A stretch of DNA of 64,000 bases, taken from an uncultured Bacteroides sp. (GTDB taxonomy: Bacteria > Bacteroidota > Bacteroidia > Bacteroidales > JACABE01). Positions within the stretch are counted from its first letter, which is position 1. Every line of letters begins with the position of its first letter. The stretch spans positions 13,306 through 77,305 of the forward strand of contig CAZWKQ010000012.1 in assembly GCA_964634005.1 (NCBI GenBank), given 5' to 3'. The notes under the pieces are model-generated. The model did no database searches. It was not told where the DNA came from and saw nothing but the letters and a program-made list of their open reading frames with translations. This document shows positions 37,428-48,085 of the stretch, piece after piece. The translations under genes and the position numbers were made by a program.

Positions 37428-40280
37428 ATGAAAAATAATTTATTTTTCGCAATAACTCTACTAACACTATTTTCATTTTCAAAACAACTATCTGCACAAT
37501 TCTACGAAGCAGGTCAAAACCCGCCGTCAGTTAAATGGAAAATAATTGATAATAAAAGGTTTTCAATTATTTTCCCTGATGAAATACAAGCTAATGCCAT
37601 TAAACTTGCAAACTACCTTTATAATAATATTCCTGATATTAATTCGGATTATTCAATAAATGCCAAAAAATTCCCAATAATACTTCACAATCGTACGGTT
37701 ACTGCAAATGGCTTTGTAACCTTGGCTCCCAAAAGAAGCGAGTGGTATGCTTTGCCGCCACAAGATATTTATTCGCAACCTTGGCTCGAACAAATGGCAC
37801 TTCACGAATACAGACATATTGTTCAAATAAGCCAATTTTACAGGGGATTTACAAAATATATGCAAATTCCGTTTGGTCAAATAGCTGTAGGTTCTGCTAT
37901 AGCTACATTTATTCCGAGTTGGGTAATAGAGGGCGATGCGGTAATATCAGAAACAATGTATTCAAACTCTGGCAGAGGAAGATTACCCGAATTTTCGGCT
38001 CCATTAAAAGCTCAACTTTTAGAAAAAAAAATATTCAGCTACAACAAGGCAATTTTTGGCTCCTACAAAGACTTTGTACCTGATATATACACTTTAGGTT
38101 ATTATCTAACCGGATATACCAAAATAAAATACGGAAACGAAATTTTCGATAAAGTTTTCAGCTATACAGCACGCTATCCTTATATTTTTATACCTTTTGC
38201 AACAAGTGTAAAAAAATACACGGGGAAAACCCCATTAAAACTTTATAAAGAAACTATTGGCGAAATTAACAATCAATTTTCAAAAGAAATTAATACTGAT
38301 ACTTCCGATTATAAATTATTAAATACTTCGCAATCTGTTGTTTATACTAATTATTACTCTCCAAAACCATTTAAAAATAAAACTATTGCCGTTAAATCCT
38401 CACTAAATGATATAACACGTATTGTAAGCATTGATAGTAACGGGTTTGAAAAAATTTTATTTACACCCGGTTATATGACAGATATGTCTATTTCAAATAC
38501 TAACGATAAAATATTATGGGCAGAGTATGAACCGGATATCAGATGGGGTTTACAATCTTATTCAGTTATTAAAGTTTACGATTTGAATAAAAAGAAAATT
38601 AAAAAACTAACAAATAAAACCCGTTATTTTTCTCCGGCTTATAATAAAACAGGTGATAAAATTGCTTGTATAGAGAATAATCTAAGCGGAAACACATCAC
38701 TAATTATTATTGATGCATTTACCGGCAATGCTATTAGAAAAATAAATTTCGAAAGTACTGATGTTATTGCATATCCTTCATGGAATAACGACGGAGATAA
38801 GATTATTGCCGTTATTACAACTAATTCAGGCAAATCGCTAATTGAATACAATCTGATAACAGATGAAACAAGAATATTAATTCCTTTCACTTTCAATGAT
38901 ATTAAGTATCCCAAATATTTCAAAAATTATATAATTTTTTCATCTTCCGAAAAAAACACAAACGAAATATTTGCTTTTGACACTGTAAATAATAAGTATT
39001 TTCTAATTACTTCTTCGGTATTTGGCTCATTTCAACCGCAAATTGATGACCATTCTTCGATTATGTATTATACAATATACACCTCAAATGGCTATAAAAT
39101 AGTCTATAACACTATTAAAGAAAGTGATTTTAAAGAGGTTAGCTTTCCCAAAATTATAAGCACATCAATTATTGACAGCATAGGAAAATTTAACAAGACA
39201 GATAAGGACACAGTAAAAAATGAAGTAATAGATTTTGAAGTTAAAAAATATAAGCCTATCAATCATTTGTTTAATTTTCACAGTTGGGCGCCTTTATCAA
39301 TTGATGCATATAATCAAACAATTACTTCCGGCGTTTCGGTTATGTCTCAGAATCTATTAAGTACTTTGTTTATTACTGCAGGCTATGAATATATAAGCCA
39401 AGAAAAAAAGGGGAAATATTATTTTGATTTGTCATATAAAGGCCTCTTCCCGATAATTGATATCAATGCGGAAACCAAGTCAAGAGAGGGAAATTTGTTT
39501 TCAAACGGATTATTTGTCAGAAAATTTACATATAGAGAAAATACATCAAAAATAGGTATCAGAGTTCCTTTAAGATTTGCTGCGGGAAAATACTATACAG
39601 GATTACAACCTTCATTAAAAACTCAATTAATTCAAATTGTTCACAACGAAACTACTCCCGAACAAATGACAAAAGGAATGATATCGAGTTTAGATTATAG
39701 ATTATATTTCTATCATTTATTAAGAACTTCGAAAAGAGACATTTATCCAAGATGGGGGCAAATTGTTGATATTAATTTCAGACATTCGCCCTTTGGAGAA
39801 ATCAATTTTGGCAATATCGGGTCTGTTGAAACATGGTTATATTTCCCTTCTTTTATTATAAACCACGGACTTATGCTATATGGCGGATATCAAAAAAAGA
39901 ATTACGGAGAAAACCTCTACAGATATTCTGATTTAATAAATTACCCGTTTGGAACAAGTATTGTTGAAAATGATAATTTAATCTCAATATCAGCTAATTA
40001 CACATTCCCCGTTTTATATCCCGATCTTAGTCTCGGTTCGCTTATTTATTTAAAACGAATACATTCTGTATTGTCATCATCATTATTAAAAGGTAATTAT
40101 AAAGGAAATAATATCAATTTAAGTTCTTACAGTGTTGAATTAAACACTGAATTTCATTTTTTAAGATTCTTGGCACCATTTCAGCTTGGCTACCGCTTTT
40201 CTTACATTCCTGATAAAAAAAGTTATTTCAATGAGATTCTATTTAATATAAATTTTTCGGGATTAGCTCCTAAAAATTAG
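37428..40280 (+). CDS. Outer-membrane protein: HExxH peptidase-like domain + TolB/PD40 propeller + C-terminal beta-barrel
   Basis: Signal peptide; HEYRH...EGDAV; repeats such as FSPAYN, AYPSWN, SFQPQID; amphipathic beta-strand-rich C-terminus. Confidence 0.7.
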   Translation: MKNNLFFAITLLTLFSFSKQLSAQFYEAGQNPPSVKWKIIDNKRFSIIFPDEIQANAIKLANYLYNNIPDINSDYSINAKKFPIILHNRTVTANGFVTLAPKRSEWYALPPQDIYSQPWLEQMALHEYRHIVQISQFYRGFTKYMQIPFGQIAVGSAIATFIPSWVIEGDAVISETMYSNSGRGRLPEFSAPLKAQLLEKKIFSYNKAIFGSYKDFVPDIYTLGYYLTGYTKIKYGNEIFDKVFSYTARYPYIFIPFATSVKKYTGKTPLKLYKETIGEINNQFSKEINTDTSDYKLLNTSQSVVYTNYYSPKPFKNKTIAVKSSLNDITRIVSIDSNGFEKILFTPGYMTDMSISNTNDKILWAEYEPDIRWGLQSYSVIKVYDLNKKKIKKLTNKTRYFSPAYNKTGDKIACIENNLSGNTSLIIIDAFTGNAIRKINFESTDVIAYPSWNNDGDKIIAVITTNSGKSLIEYNLITDETRILIPFTFNDIKYPKYFKNYIIFSSSEKNTNEIFAFDTVNNKYFLITSSVFGSFQPQIDDHSSIMYYTIYTSNGYKIVYNTIKESDFKEVSFPKIISTSIIDSIGKFNKTDKDTVKNEVIDFEVKKYKPINHLFNFHSWAPLSIDAYNQTITSGVSVMSQNLLSTLFITAGYEYISQEKKGKYYFDLSYKGLFPIIDINAETKSREGNLFSNGLFVRKFTYRENTSKIGIRVPLRFAAGKYYTGLQPSLKTQLIQIVHNETTPEQMTKGMISSLDYRLYFYHLLRTSKRDIYPRWGQIVDINFRHSPFGEINFGNIGSVETWLYFPSFIINHGLMLYGGYQKKNYGENLYRYSDLINYPFGTSIVENDNLISISANYTFPVLYPDLSLGSLIYLKRIHSVLSSSLLKGNYKGNNINLSSYSVELNTEFHFLRFLAPFQLGYRFSYIPDKKSYFNEILFNINFSGLAPKN

Positions 40281-41040
40281 AGTTAGAAAATAGCTTTTCC
40301 AGTTCTTTAATGGCTTCGCTGACAATAGGTAAGTTTACTTTAAAGTTTTCTTTTTCTATGGTACAAATTTTATTTTTTCTGTTTACCGATTTTAAATAGT
40401 CTAAATTTATTATATACGAACGATTAATTTTATGAAATTTTTCGGATGGTAACATTTTAAAAATCTGACCGATATTTCCCGAAAGCATCTCATTTTTATC
40501 ATTATTAAAAAAAACCGTAGTATAATTGCCTTGAGCTTCAAAATAAAATATTTCATCAATATCAACAATGATAAAGCCTGTTCTCGAATTAAACTTTAAT
40601 TTAGGTTCGTGAAGTTTTTCAATGTTTTTGCACAAAATATCAATACGATGAACAAAATTACTTTTTAGGATATTAACTTTTAATCTGTTTAAAGTGTTTT
40701 GTAATTCAACCATATCAATTGGTTTAAGCAAGTAATCGAAAGCAGCTATTTTGATAGCCTGAATTGCATACTTATCATAAGCTGTGGTGAAAACAACGTA
40801 TGGATGTGAAATTTGTAACCGTTTCATTTCAAAAATTACATCAAACCCCGATTTTACGGGCATTTGAATATCAAGAAAAATTAAATCGGGAACATGTTTT
40901 AGTATTGCTTCAATAGCTTCGTCAACATTTGTACATTGAGCTACTATTTGAATTTCAGGGTAATTGATCAGCAAATTATTCAAAATTTCTAATCCTTCAT
41001 ACTCATCATCAACAATAATTGTTTTAATTTTATCTTTCAT
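40270..41040 (-). CDS. LytTR-family response regulator
   Basis: IVDDE, FLDIQMP, TTAY, DYLLKP; C-terminal FHKINRSYIIN. Confidence 0.93.
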   Translation of the reverse strand: MKDKIKTIIVDDEYEGLEILNNLLINYPEIQIVAQCTNVDEAIEAILKHVPDLIFLDIQMPVKSGFDVIFEMKRLQISHPYVVFTTAYDKYAIQAIKIAAFDYLLKPIDMVELQNTLNRLKVNILKSNFVHRIDILCKNIEKLHEPKLKFNSRTGFIIVDIDEIFYFEAQGNYTTVFFNNDKNEMLSGNIGQIFKMLPSEKFHKINRSYIINLDYLKSVNRKNKICTIEKENFKVNLPIVSEAIKELEKLFSNSNF

Positions 41041-41044
41041 ATTT

Positions 41045-44020
41045 CTAAATTGAATATTTAAAATCTTTAGGGAAAAATATTTTTACTTTTGTTCCATTTG
41101 CATTTCCATTATCGTCATACAAATCAATTATTTCACATTTGATTTTGTTTGAATTGACACTGTTGTAAAGTTCAAAAAACTGATTCATGATACTGATACC
41201 GAGTCCGGCGCCTTTTGCCGATATTTTTGACGCTTTCTCCCTCCCAATTCCATTATCAGTTATCGATATCATGATATTATTGTTTTGATCATAATGAACT
41301 TGAATTATTAAAACCCCATTATTGTTTAAATGCATTATACCATGCTTAATCGAATTTTCGACATAGGTTTGTATAAGCATTTGAGGTATTTGAATATTCT
41401 TATCCACATCTTTATCGACTTCTATATAATATTCAAACTTATCTTTAAATCTGAATTTCTCTATTTCAAGATAATTTTCGATAAAATGTATTTCATCCTG
41501 CAGTGAGCGGGTAATATTATTGCTTGAGAGCAATACACTTCTGATTAATTGAGCAAATTTGGTAAAATAATGATAAGCGAGTTTCCTTTCTTCTCTATAG
41601 ATAAGCGAAGAAATTGCATTTATAGCATTAAAGGTAAAGTGTGGATCTATTTGACCTTTTAAAGCCTTTAACTGAAGTTCTTTTATTTTCTTTTCACTTT
41701 CATATTTTCTTTGAATTTGTTTTCTTTTATTCTTAAAAATATGATTTACAGCAATAATTATTATCGATATTATTATAATAGCAACTAATGATTTAAACCA
41801 CCAAGTTTGCCAGTAAGCAGGTTTTATGTAAAAAGCTATTTCAGTTGGTTGTTGGCTCCAAATTCCGTCTTCATTACATGCTTTAACTTTAAATAAGTAC
41901 TTTTTAGGAGGAAGATTTGTATAAACTACAAATTGCTGGTCGTTAGCTTCCGACCATGTTAAATCATAGCCTTCGAGCATATATTTAAACTTCACTTTTT
42001 GTGGAGCGGTTGTTGAAATTGCACCATAATCGATACGGATATTTTTTTGATTATACTTTAGCTTAAAATTGTCTGATACGTTATCGTATAAAGTAATTTT
42101 CTTCATTTTAGGATTAATGTAGCTTAATTCCTTAAAATAAGTTTTAGGAGGATTTTGATTAATTTTCACTATACGCGGGTCAAACTTAACAACCCTATCT
42201 GTGCCTGCAATCCAAACATAACCTTTACTATCAGTAAAAGCTCCGTTTTGCCCGCATTCCGATGCTAAAAATCCATTGTACTTATCATAAAGTTTAATAT
42301 GACAATTGCCTGTTAAGTAAAAATTATCGAGAAATAATACTCCGAGATTATTCATATTACCTATTAATAACCGATTTTTTTCAACACCTGTAATAAACCC
42401 CATAATTGATTTAAAATTCGGAATATCAATTTTTTTGAAAGTTTTATAGTTATAAAAAAACAAACCTTTTTCATTTCCTATCCAAATATTTCCTTTGTAA
42501 TCAACATACATTGTGTTTCCACCAAAATCAAAAGGAAACTCTTTAGTAGGAAAATTAATAATGCTATCGTTAACCAGTAATGATATTTTCTTAAACCCGC
42601 CCAACCAGTACCTTCCAAGCGTATCTTTTGCTATGCAGACTACTTTATGATTAGGATTTTTATTCCCAAAAGGTTTGTCGATTATTCTATAATCTTTATT
42701 ATCAAAAATTATTAACCCGACTGTAGTTCCCGACAAAACTATGTCTTTTTTTTCATCATAGTATGTGTAAAAAGGAGTATATTCTTTGAAAAATTTTGAG
42801 TTCAATTTTGAAAAGGTCTTTCCATCAAAAATACTAATACCGTAACTTCTAATGTTTACAAGTATCTTTTCGTTTTTATATTTAGTATTTCCCATATAAA
42901 ATTGTAGTTTATTTAGGGTATCAGGTATGCTTATTCTTTTAATATCTTTATTGTTATACATAGATACACCTAATGAATAAGTGAAAAAATAAATATTATT
43001 TTTTACTTCACTAATATTCCAAGTATCATAAAGAGAATTATATGTGCTAACGGGAAAATTAATAAAGTTTTTAGGGAACATCTTCTGAATTCCATTTTCT
43101 CCGAAAATCCACAAGTTATCTTCATTATCAATACTCATTTGAGCTTGAGATTTGATAGAGTTATGAAATAAATCATTATTTATGGCATAAATACATTCTT
43201 GCAGGCTAAGTATTTGATATATATCACCTTTTCTGTCAACAATAAAATTAACTAATTCATAATCATTATCTCTCGTTTTAAATTCAACTAATTTATCATT
43301 ATTAATTTTATAAAAAGTTTTTCCTGAAGATAGATAAATTTCATTATCCTTCCCCTTAATCATTTTGTTTTTATATTCATTTAAAGTGATTATTTTTTTT
43401 AAAACATCAGATTTTAAAGAATAAATTTCATTATTTAAAAGAATATAAAAACACTTGTAATTTCTGCTGTAAATTATTTCAAGACCTATATAATTTTGTT
43501 TTTGGAAGGATTTATTTTCACTTATCAATTTATTTATTTTGCTGCAAGGAAAAGTTTTGCCGTTTACATACTTTGCAAACTTCAAACTTTCGGATTCAAA
43601 GTATGGGAAAATAATATTATTATCATCGTCAAATCCGTATGAATTAGCACTTACAAGCAAATTAATATTATTTGGTAAATAATAGTTTATGAACTTATTA
43701 TTCGATAGTAGTGAAAACCCTATCCTTGTCAATATAAACAAACAATTGTTATTTACTTCAAAAATTTTTAGAATAGAATTATCAATTAAGCCCTCATTGG
43801 TAGTGTAATTTTTAAAATTTGTTCCGTCGAATCTGCTAACTCCTCCTTTTGTGCCAAGCCATATAAAACCTTTGCTGTCTTGAAACATATCTTGCACCTG
43901 CGATTGTACAAGTCCTTCTGTTGGCGTATAATTCAGACATCCTAACTCTTGTGAACACAATATTTCACTCAATAATAGAAAAAAAGTAAAAGCTATTAAT
44001 TGAATAATTCTGTTGTTCAC
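41045..44020 (-). CDS. LytS-type sensor histidine kinase with periplasmic beta-propeller and Y_Y_Y domain
   Basis: Reg_prop repeats (QDSKGFIWLGT), YTNLPP.KY.FKV, TM helix, QIDPHFTFN, ENSIKHG. Confidence 0.9.
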   Translation of the reverse strand: MNNRIIQLIAFTFFLLLSEILCSQELGCLNYTPTEGLVQSQVQDMFQDSKGFIWLGTKGGVSRFDGTNFKNYTTNEGLIDNSILKIFEVNNNCLFILTRIGFSLLSNNKFINYYLPNNINLLVSANSYGFDDDNNIIFPYFESESLKFAKYVNGKTFPCSKINKLISENKSFQKQNYIGLEIIYSRNYKCFYILLNNEIYSLKSDVLKKIITLNEYKNKMIKGKDNEIYLSSGKTFYKINNDKLVEFKTRDNDYELVNFIVDRKGDIYQILSLQECIYAINNDLFHNSIKSQAQMSIDNEDNLWIFGENGIQKMFPKNFINFPVSTYNSLYDTWNISEVKNNIYFFTYSLGVSMYNNKDIKRISIPDTLNKLQFYMGNTKYKNEKILVNIRSYGISIFDGKTFSKLNSKFFKEYTPFYTYYDEKKDIVLSGTTVGLIIFDNKDYRIIDKPFGNKNPNHKVVCIAKDTLGRYWLGGFKKISLLVNDSIINFPTKEFPFDFGGNTMYVDYKGNIWIGNEKGLFFYNYKTFKKIDIPNFKSIMGFITGVEKNRLLIGNMNNLGVLFLDNFYLTGNCHIKLYDKYNGFLASECGQNGAFTDSKGYVWIAGTDRVVKFDPRIVKINQNPPKTYFKELSYINPKMKKITLYDNVSDNFKLKYNQKNIRIDYGAISTTAPQKVKFKYMLEGYDLTWSEANDQQFVVYTNLPPKKYLFKVKACNEDGIWSQQPTEIAFYIKPAYWQTWWFKSLVAIIIISIIIIAVNHIFKNKRKQIQRKYESEKKIKELQLKALKGQIDPHFTFNAINAISSLIYREERKLAYHYFTKFAQLIRSVLLSSNNITRSLQDEIHFIENYLEIEKFRFKDKFEYYIEVDKDVDKNIQIPQMLIQTYVENSIKHGIMHLNNNGVLIIQVHYDQNNNIMISITDNGIGREKASKISAKGAGLGISIMNQFFELYNSVNSNKIKCEIIDLYDDNGNANGTKVKIFFPKDFKYSI

Positions 44021-44084
44021 AATAATTTTATTAAGAAGGATAAATCAAAAATATTGATAATATTTCAAATTTAAAGATTTAATT

Positions 44085-44441
44085 TTATTTTTTTATCTTT
44101 CTTGCATCAATTATCCATGACATAAGATAAAGCAGTGCCGGAGATGTAAGAATTAAAAAAGCTAATCCTTCGGGTATAGATTTTTCGACAAAATAATAAA
44201 GTAAATAGAAGGTAAATAAGGCAAAAATAGATATTATACTGCCCAAAAGTTCGTTTTTAAGTCCAATTAGTAAGCCTGATACAACACTTAAAGGTAGAAA
44301 AATATAAAAGATAAAATATTTAAAATTAAACTCGTAAGAATATGCTAAATGACTGATAATAAACAAAAAAATAAAAAATACAGATGCAACAGAAAAAACT
44401 CTTGCAACCCATTTCAATATTAAATTTAGTCCTATTTTCAT
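44085..44441 (-). CDS. Small integral membrane protein (about 4 TM), unknown function
   Basis: Four hydrophobic segments; TATATTTG -7 motif upstream at 44454-44461. Confidence 0.65.
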   Translation of the reverse strand: MKIGLNLILKWVARVFSVASVFFIFLFIISHLAYSYEFNFKYFIFYIFLPLSVVSGLLIGLKNELLGSIISIFALFTFYLLYYFVEKSIPEGLAFLILTSPALLYLMSWIIDARKIKK

Positions 44442-44501
44442 GTTTTTTTATTACAAATATAGTTTAAAATTTAATTAAACACTAATTTTACGGAAAAAAA
44501 T

Positions 44502-45317
44502 ATGACACTATTTCCGAACTGCAAAATAAATATTGGATTATATATAGAAAGAAAACGAGAAGACGGTTTTCACGATATTAAAACTCTTTTCTACCCAATC
44601 AATTTTAATGATACTATTGAGATTGAAAAAACCGATAAAAAGAACACATCTATAAGTATTTTCGGTATTCCTATAGAAGGTGACACTAATGACAATTTAT
44701 GCTTGAAAGCATATAATTTATTAAACAATGATTTTGATCTTCCACCGGTAAACATAATATTATTAAAAAGAATTCCTACCGGTGCAGGCTTAGGTGGCGG
44801 TTCATCCGATGCAGTACACACTCTATTACTTTTGAATGAAATGTTTGAATTGAAAATATCTAACCATCAACTATATTCTTATGCCAATAAATTGGGCAGC
44901 GATTGTGCTTTTTTTATCGAAAACAAGCCGTTGTTAGCCTCTGAAAAAGGTAGTACTTTTAATGAAATTGACTTTTCAATTAAAAATCACTATATTGTAT
45001 TAATTAAACCAAATCAAAGCATCAATACAACCAGTGCCTATAAATGGATAACACCGAGAAATAAACAAATAGACTTAGAAAGTTTGCTGCATGCACCTAT
45101 TGAAAATTGGAAAAATACCGTAATAAATGACTTTGAAGAAGAAGTTTTTAAGCGATTTCCTAATATAAAAGATTTGAAAGATAGATTGTACGATTACGGA
45201 GCAGTTTATGCATCTATGAGCGGAAGCGGCTCTGCTGTTTTCGGAATATTCAAAAAAATTCCTGAAAATATTGAACACGATGAATGCTACTTATGGCACG
45301 GAGAATGTATCTATTAA
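44502..45317 (+). CDS. ispE: 4-diphosphocytidyl-2-C-methyl-D-erythritol kinase
   Basis: KINIGL, GFHDI, IPTGAGLGGGSSDA, LGSDC, MSGSGS. Confidence 0.96.
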   Translation: MTLFPNCKINIGLYIERKREDGFHDIKTLFYPINFNDTIEIEKTDKKNTSISIFGIPIEGDTNDNLCLKAYNLLNNDFDLPPVNIILLKRIPTGAGLGGGSSDAVHTLLLLNEMFELKISNHQLYSYANKLGSDCAFFIENKPLLASEKGSTFNEIDFSIKNHYIVLIKPNQSINTTSAYKWITPRNKQIDLESLLHAPIENWKNTVINDFEEEVFKRFPNIKDLKDRLYDYGAVYASMSGSGSAVFGIFKKIPENIEHDECYLWHGECIY

Positions 45318-45330
45318 TTAATAATTAAAG

Positions 45331-47181
45331 CTAATTTTCATTTACTTTAAATATCCTAATTTTACCTTCTTCAATTGCAAAGTTACTTTTTTTAATATTC
45401 CAGATATATACAAGCAAACGTTCAGACTGTACAGGTAAATTGGTTAATAACAAAGTCGTTTTAATATGCTGATTCTTCCAATTATTTCTTAACCAATTCA
45501 AAGGAACATATTCGTAAGAAGTAGTTTTCCCCGATTTATCAAAGGTTGTAGCCACTAACCATGCTTCAAAAGGCTTAAAGTCAGTAGAAATTTTTAAATC
45601 AAATTCAACTTTTAACGGAAAACTAATCAGACTATCAATGTTATTTATTTCAATAAAATTAAAAAATTCATCATTGAAATTCCTGTTCAAAACTATATTA
45701 CCCTTAGAAAGAATCATCTCTGCATTCAGTTTGTACTTTCTTTCCAACAAATAGTATCCGGTAATTTTATCATAATCGATTATAAAATAATTAAACTTAA
45801 AAAAATCTAAATCATCGTGTTTTATTATTTGAAAATCAGGAATTAAACTCGGATAATGACTATCATAGTTTTTTGACAAATTACCATTATCAAGATAATT
45901 GTGAAAAGCTGTAACTAAAGTTCTACCAAAATGCGAACCTACAACAGGCATTACACATGATTCTGATTTTTCTTTTAATTTGTCGTAGAAGTGATAAGGG
46001 ATTCTATCTTCTTTATAAACGCTGACATGTGTCAAGTTTAGACCGTATAAAAAGTTAAAAGGAAAAATAAAAAAGATTAATGTTATAATTTTAATCGTTC
46101 TAAATTTAAAATTTTGGCTTTGTATCTCATCAATTAAGAAAATAAATGCAATTATAAATAAATAATAAAAATAAAATGCAGCTCTGTCATCAGGATAATT
46201 TACTTTAAATAAAGTATTTAACAAAACTAATCCAACAACATTACTGAATAATAAAAACCCATAGAAGAAACAGTTAGAATTTAGGATTTTAACACTCAAA
46301 TTCTTGAAAATAAATCTCGAAAATCCTACAATAAAAATTAAACTCAATATATACAAAACCAAATGATTGATTTCTTTATTAGTATTAACGAGCGATTTTA
46401 AAAGTGAAGTAACAGTAAGAGTCCAGAATCCATCCTGACTGCCATAATATAAAGCACCACCCTTTTGAAGAAGAAATGAATATTTAGTCAATATAATTAA
46501 TGGAAGTAATCCAAAAGTAATAATTATTAAAAGTTTTAAAAATAATCTTTCTCTGTTAATAATTATTTTTAAAGTGAAATAAAATAAAATACTAATAAAA
46601 ATAAGCATTAGGGATAAATTGGCACTCAAAGCAATTAATGCTGCAATTATTGAAAATAATAAATGTAGAATTTTGTTCGATTTGTTATAACTATTAGCAT
46701 ACCAGAAACTTCCGAGCAACATGGCAAATGAAATTCCGTAGCCACGACATAAAGCTAAGAATTCGACAATTGGATGTATTGTTATAAATGATAAAAATAA
46801 AATTAAAGCTAAGAATTTACTATTCAGACTCTTGGCAATTTTATAAGAAAAATAACAATAAAAAGGTATAAATATCAAGTTTGAGATACGTAAAATAAAT
46901 GGGGAATAACCAAAATAATTATAAAAAAATCGACATATAAAAGTATTGATTAAATGATTGTTAGCTGCATTAACATCTATGTTGTATTTAAAAGGAATAT
47001 ATTCTCCTGTATCAACGTAAAACCAAAAAGTCATTATCTCATCGTGCAGGAATGGAACAAAATATGCCCTTATTAATAAATATACAAAAATCAGTATTGA
47101 AGTTATAATACAGAACTTATTAAAATATTTTACAATAAATCTTTCAAAATTATCGAAAATGGCTTCAATTTTATTCAACAT
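45331..47181 (-). CDS. Polytopic membrane protein, GT-C (ArnT/PMT-like) glycosyltransferase candidate
   Basis: Acidic motif HDE after TM1, NNH, RGY motif, 10-12 TM segments, soluble C-terminal domain. Confidence 0.6.
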   Translation of the reverse strand: MLNKIEAIFDNFERFIVKYFNKFCIITSILIFVYLLIRAYFVPFLHDEIMTFWFYVDTGEYIPFKYNIDVNAANNHLINTFICRFFYNYFGYSPFILRISNLIFIPFYCYFSYKIAKSLNSKFLALILFLSFITIHPIVEFLALCRGYGISFAMLLGSFWYANSYNKSNKILHLLFSIIAALIALSANLSLMLIFISILFYFTLKIIINRERLFLKLLIIITFGLLPLIILTKYSFLLQKGGALYYGSQDGFWTLTVTSLLKSLVNTNKEINHLVLYILSLIFIVGFSRFIFKNLSVKILNSNCFFYGFLLFSNVVGLVLLNTLFKVNYPDDRAAFYFYYLFIIAFIFLIDEIQSQNFKFRTIKIITLIFFIFPFNFLYGLNLTHVSVYKEDRIPYHFYDKLKEKSESCVMPVVGSHFGRTLVTAFHNYLDNGNLSKNYDSHYPSLIPDFQIIKHDDLDFFKFNYFIIDYDKITGYYLLERKYKLNAEMILSKGNIVLNRNFNDEFFNFIEINNIDSLISFPLKVEFDLKISTDFKPFEAWLVATTFDKSGKTTSYEYVPLNWLRNNWKNQHIKTTLLLTNLPVQSERLLVYIWNIKKSNFAIEEGKIRIFKVNEN

Positions 47182-47186
47182 TCAAA

Positions 47187-47975
47187 TTAATCTTTATTAA
47201 AAGTAATTTTCTTTTTAACACTTTTAGGAATAGGCAAGTTGCTTTCTACACTAATACCAATCAACTCTCTAATAACAACCGAAGCACATAGGCATCCAAA
47301 GAGCGGCGGCATATAAGAAACAGTTCCGACAGTTGACTTTTTATTTAATTCATTTTCTACCACAATAACAGAATCGGCAGGAATTATTTCAGTAGAGAAC
47401 ACTGCTTTAAAACCGGTGTAAATTCCAAGTTTATGAAGACGTTTTCTGAGAATATCAGCAAGCGGACACATAAAAGTTTGAGCAATATCTGCTATTTGTA
47501 CTTTTGAAGGGTCCAATTTACCTCCTGATCCCATTGAACTGACTACTTTCAAATTCCTTTTGACTGAGTGATGTATAAGGTAAATTTTTGGAGAAAGAGT
47601 ATCTATGGCATCAACAACATAATCATAGGGTGCTTCTTCAATGATTTCAATCATTCTTTCATCTTTTATGTACTCGGGATATATTATTAAATCAATCTCA
47701 GGATTAATATCGAGAAGTCTTTCTTTCATAATTTCAGCCTTTTTCATCCCTTCTTTACTTTTTAAGGCCAATAGCTGCCTGTTTCTGTTAGAAGGATTTA
47801 TGACATCTCCATCAACTAAGGTTAATTTACCGATACCGGCTCTACAAAGCATTTCTGCAGCATATCCGCCTACACCGCCAAGACCGGCAACAAGCACATG
47901 CGATGATTTTAGTTTTTCAATGTTTTCTGCTCCCAACAACAATAAAGTCCTTGAATTCCATAGGTTATCATCCAT
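47187..47975 (-). CDS. tcdA: tRNA threonylcarbamoyladenosine dehydratase (ThiF family)
   Basis: SRT.LL.G, GLGGVGG, SNRNRQ, DAID, SSMGSGGKLDP. Start reassigned to the ATG at 47975. Confidence 0.9.
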   Translation of the reverse strand: MDDNLWNSRTLLLLGAENIEKLKSSHVLVAGLGGVGGYAAEMLCRAGIGKLTLVDGDVINPSNRNRQLLALKSKEGMKKAEIMKERLLDINPEIDLIIYPEYIKDERMIEIIEEAPYDYVVDAIDTLSPKIYLIHHSVKRNLKVVSSMGSGGKLDPSKVQIADIAQTFMCPLADILRKRLHKLGIYTGFKAVFSTEIIPADSVIVVENELNKKSTVGTVSYMPPLFGCLCASVVIRELIGISVESNLPIPKSVKKKITFNKD

Positions 47976-48085
47976 AGATATTATTTTCCACAAAAATATT
48001 CGATTTTAATTTATTTAATAAATAAAAATTATCGAATTTTGCTTTTTAAATTTTTAGGTATTATAAAACAACTAATAAATCTAAG

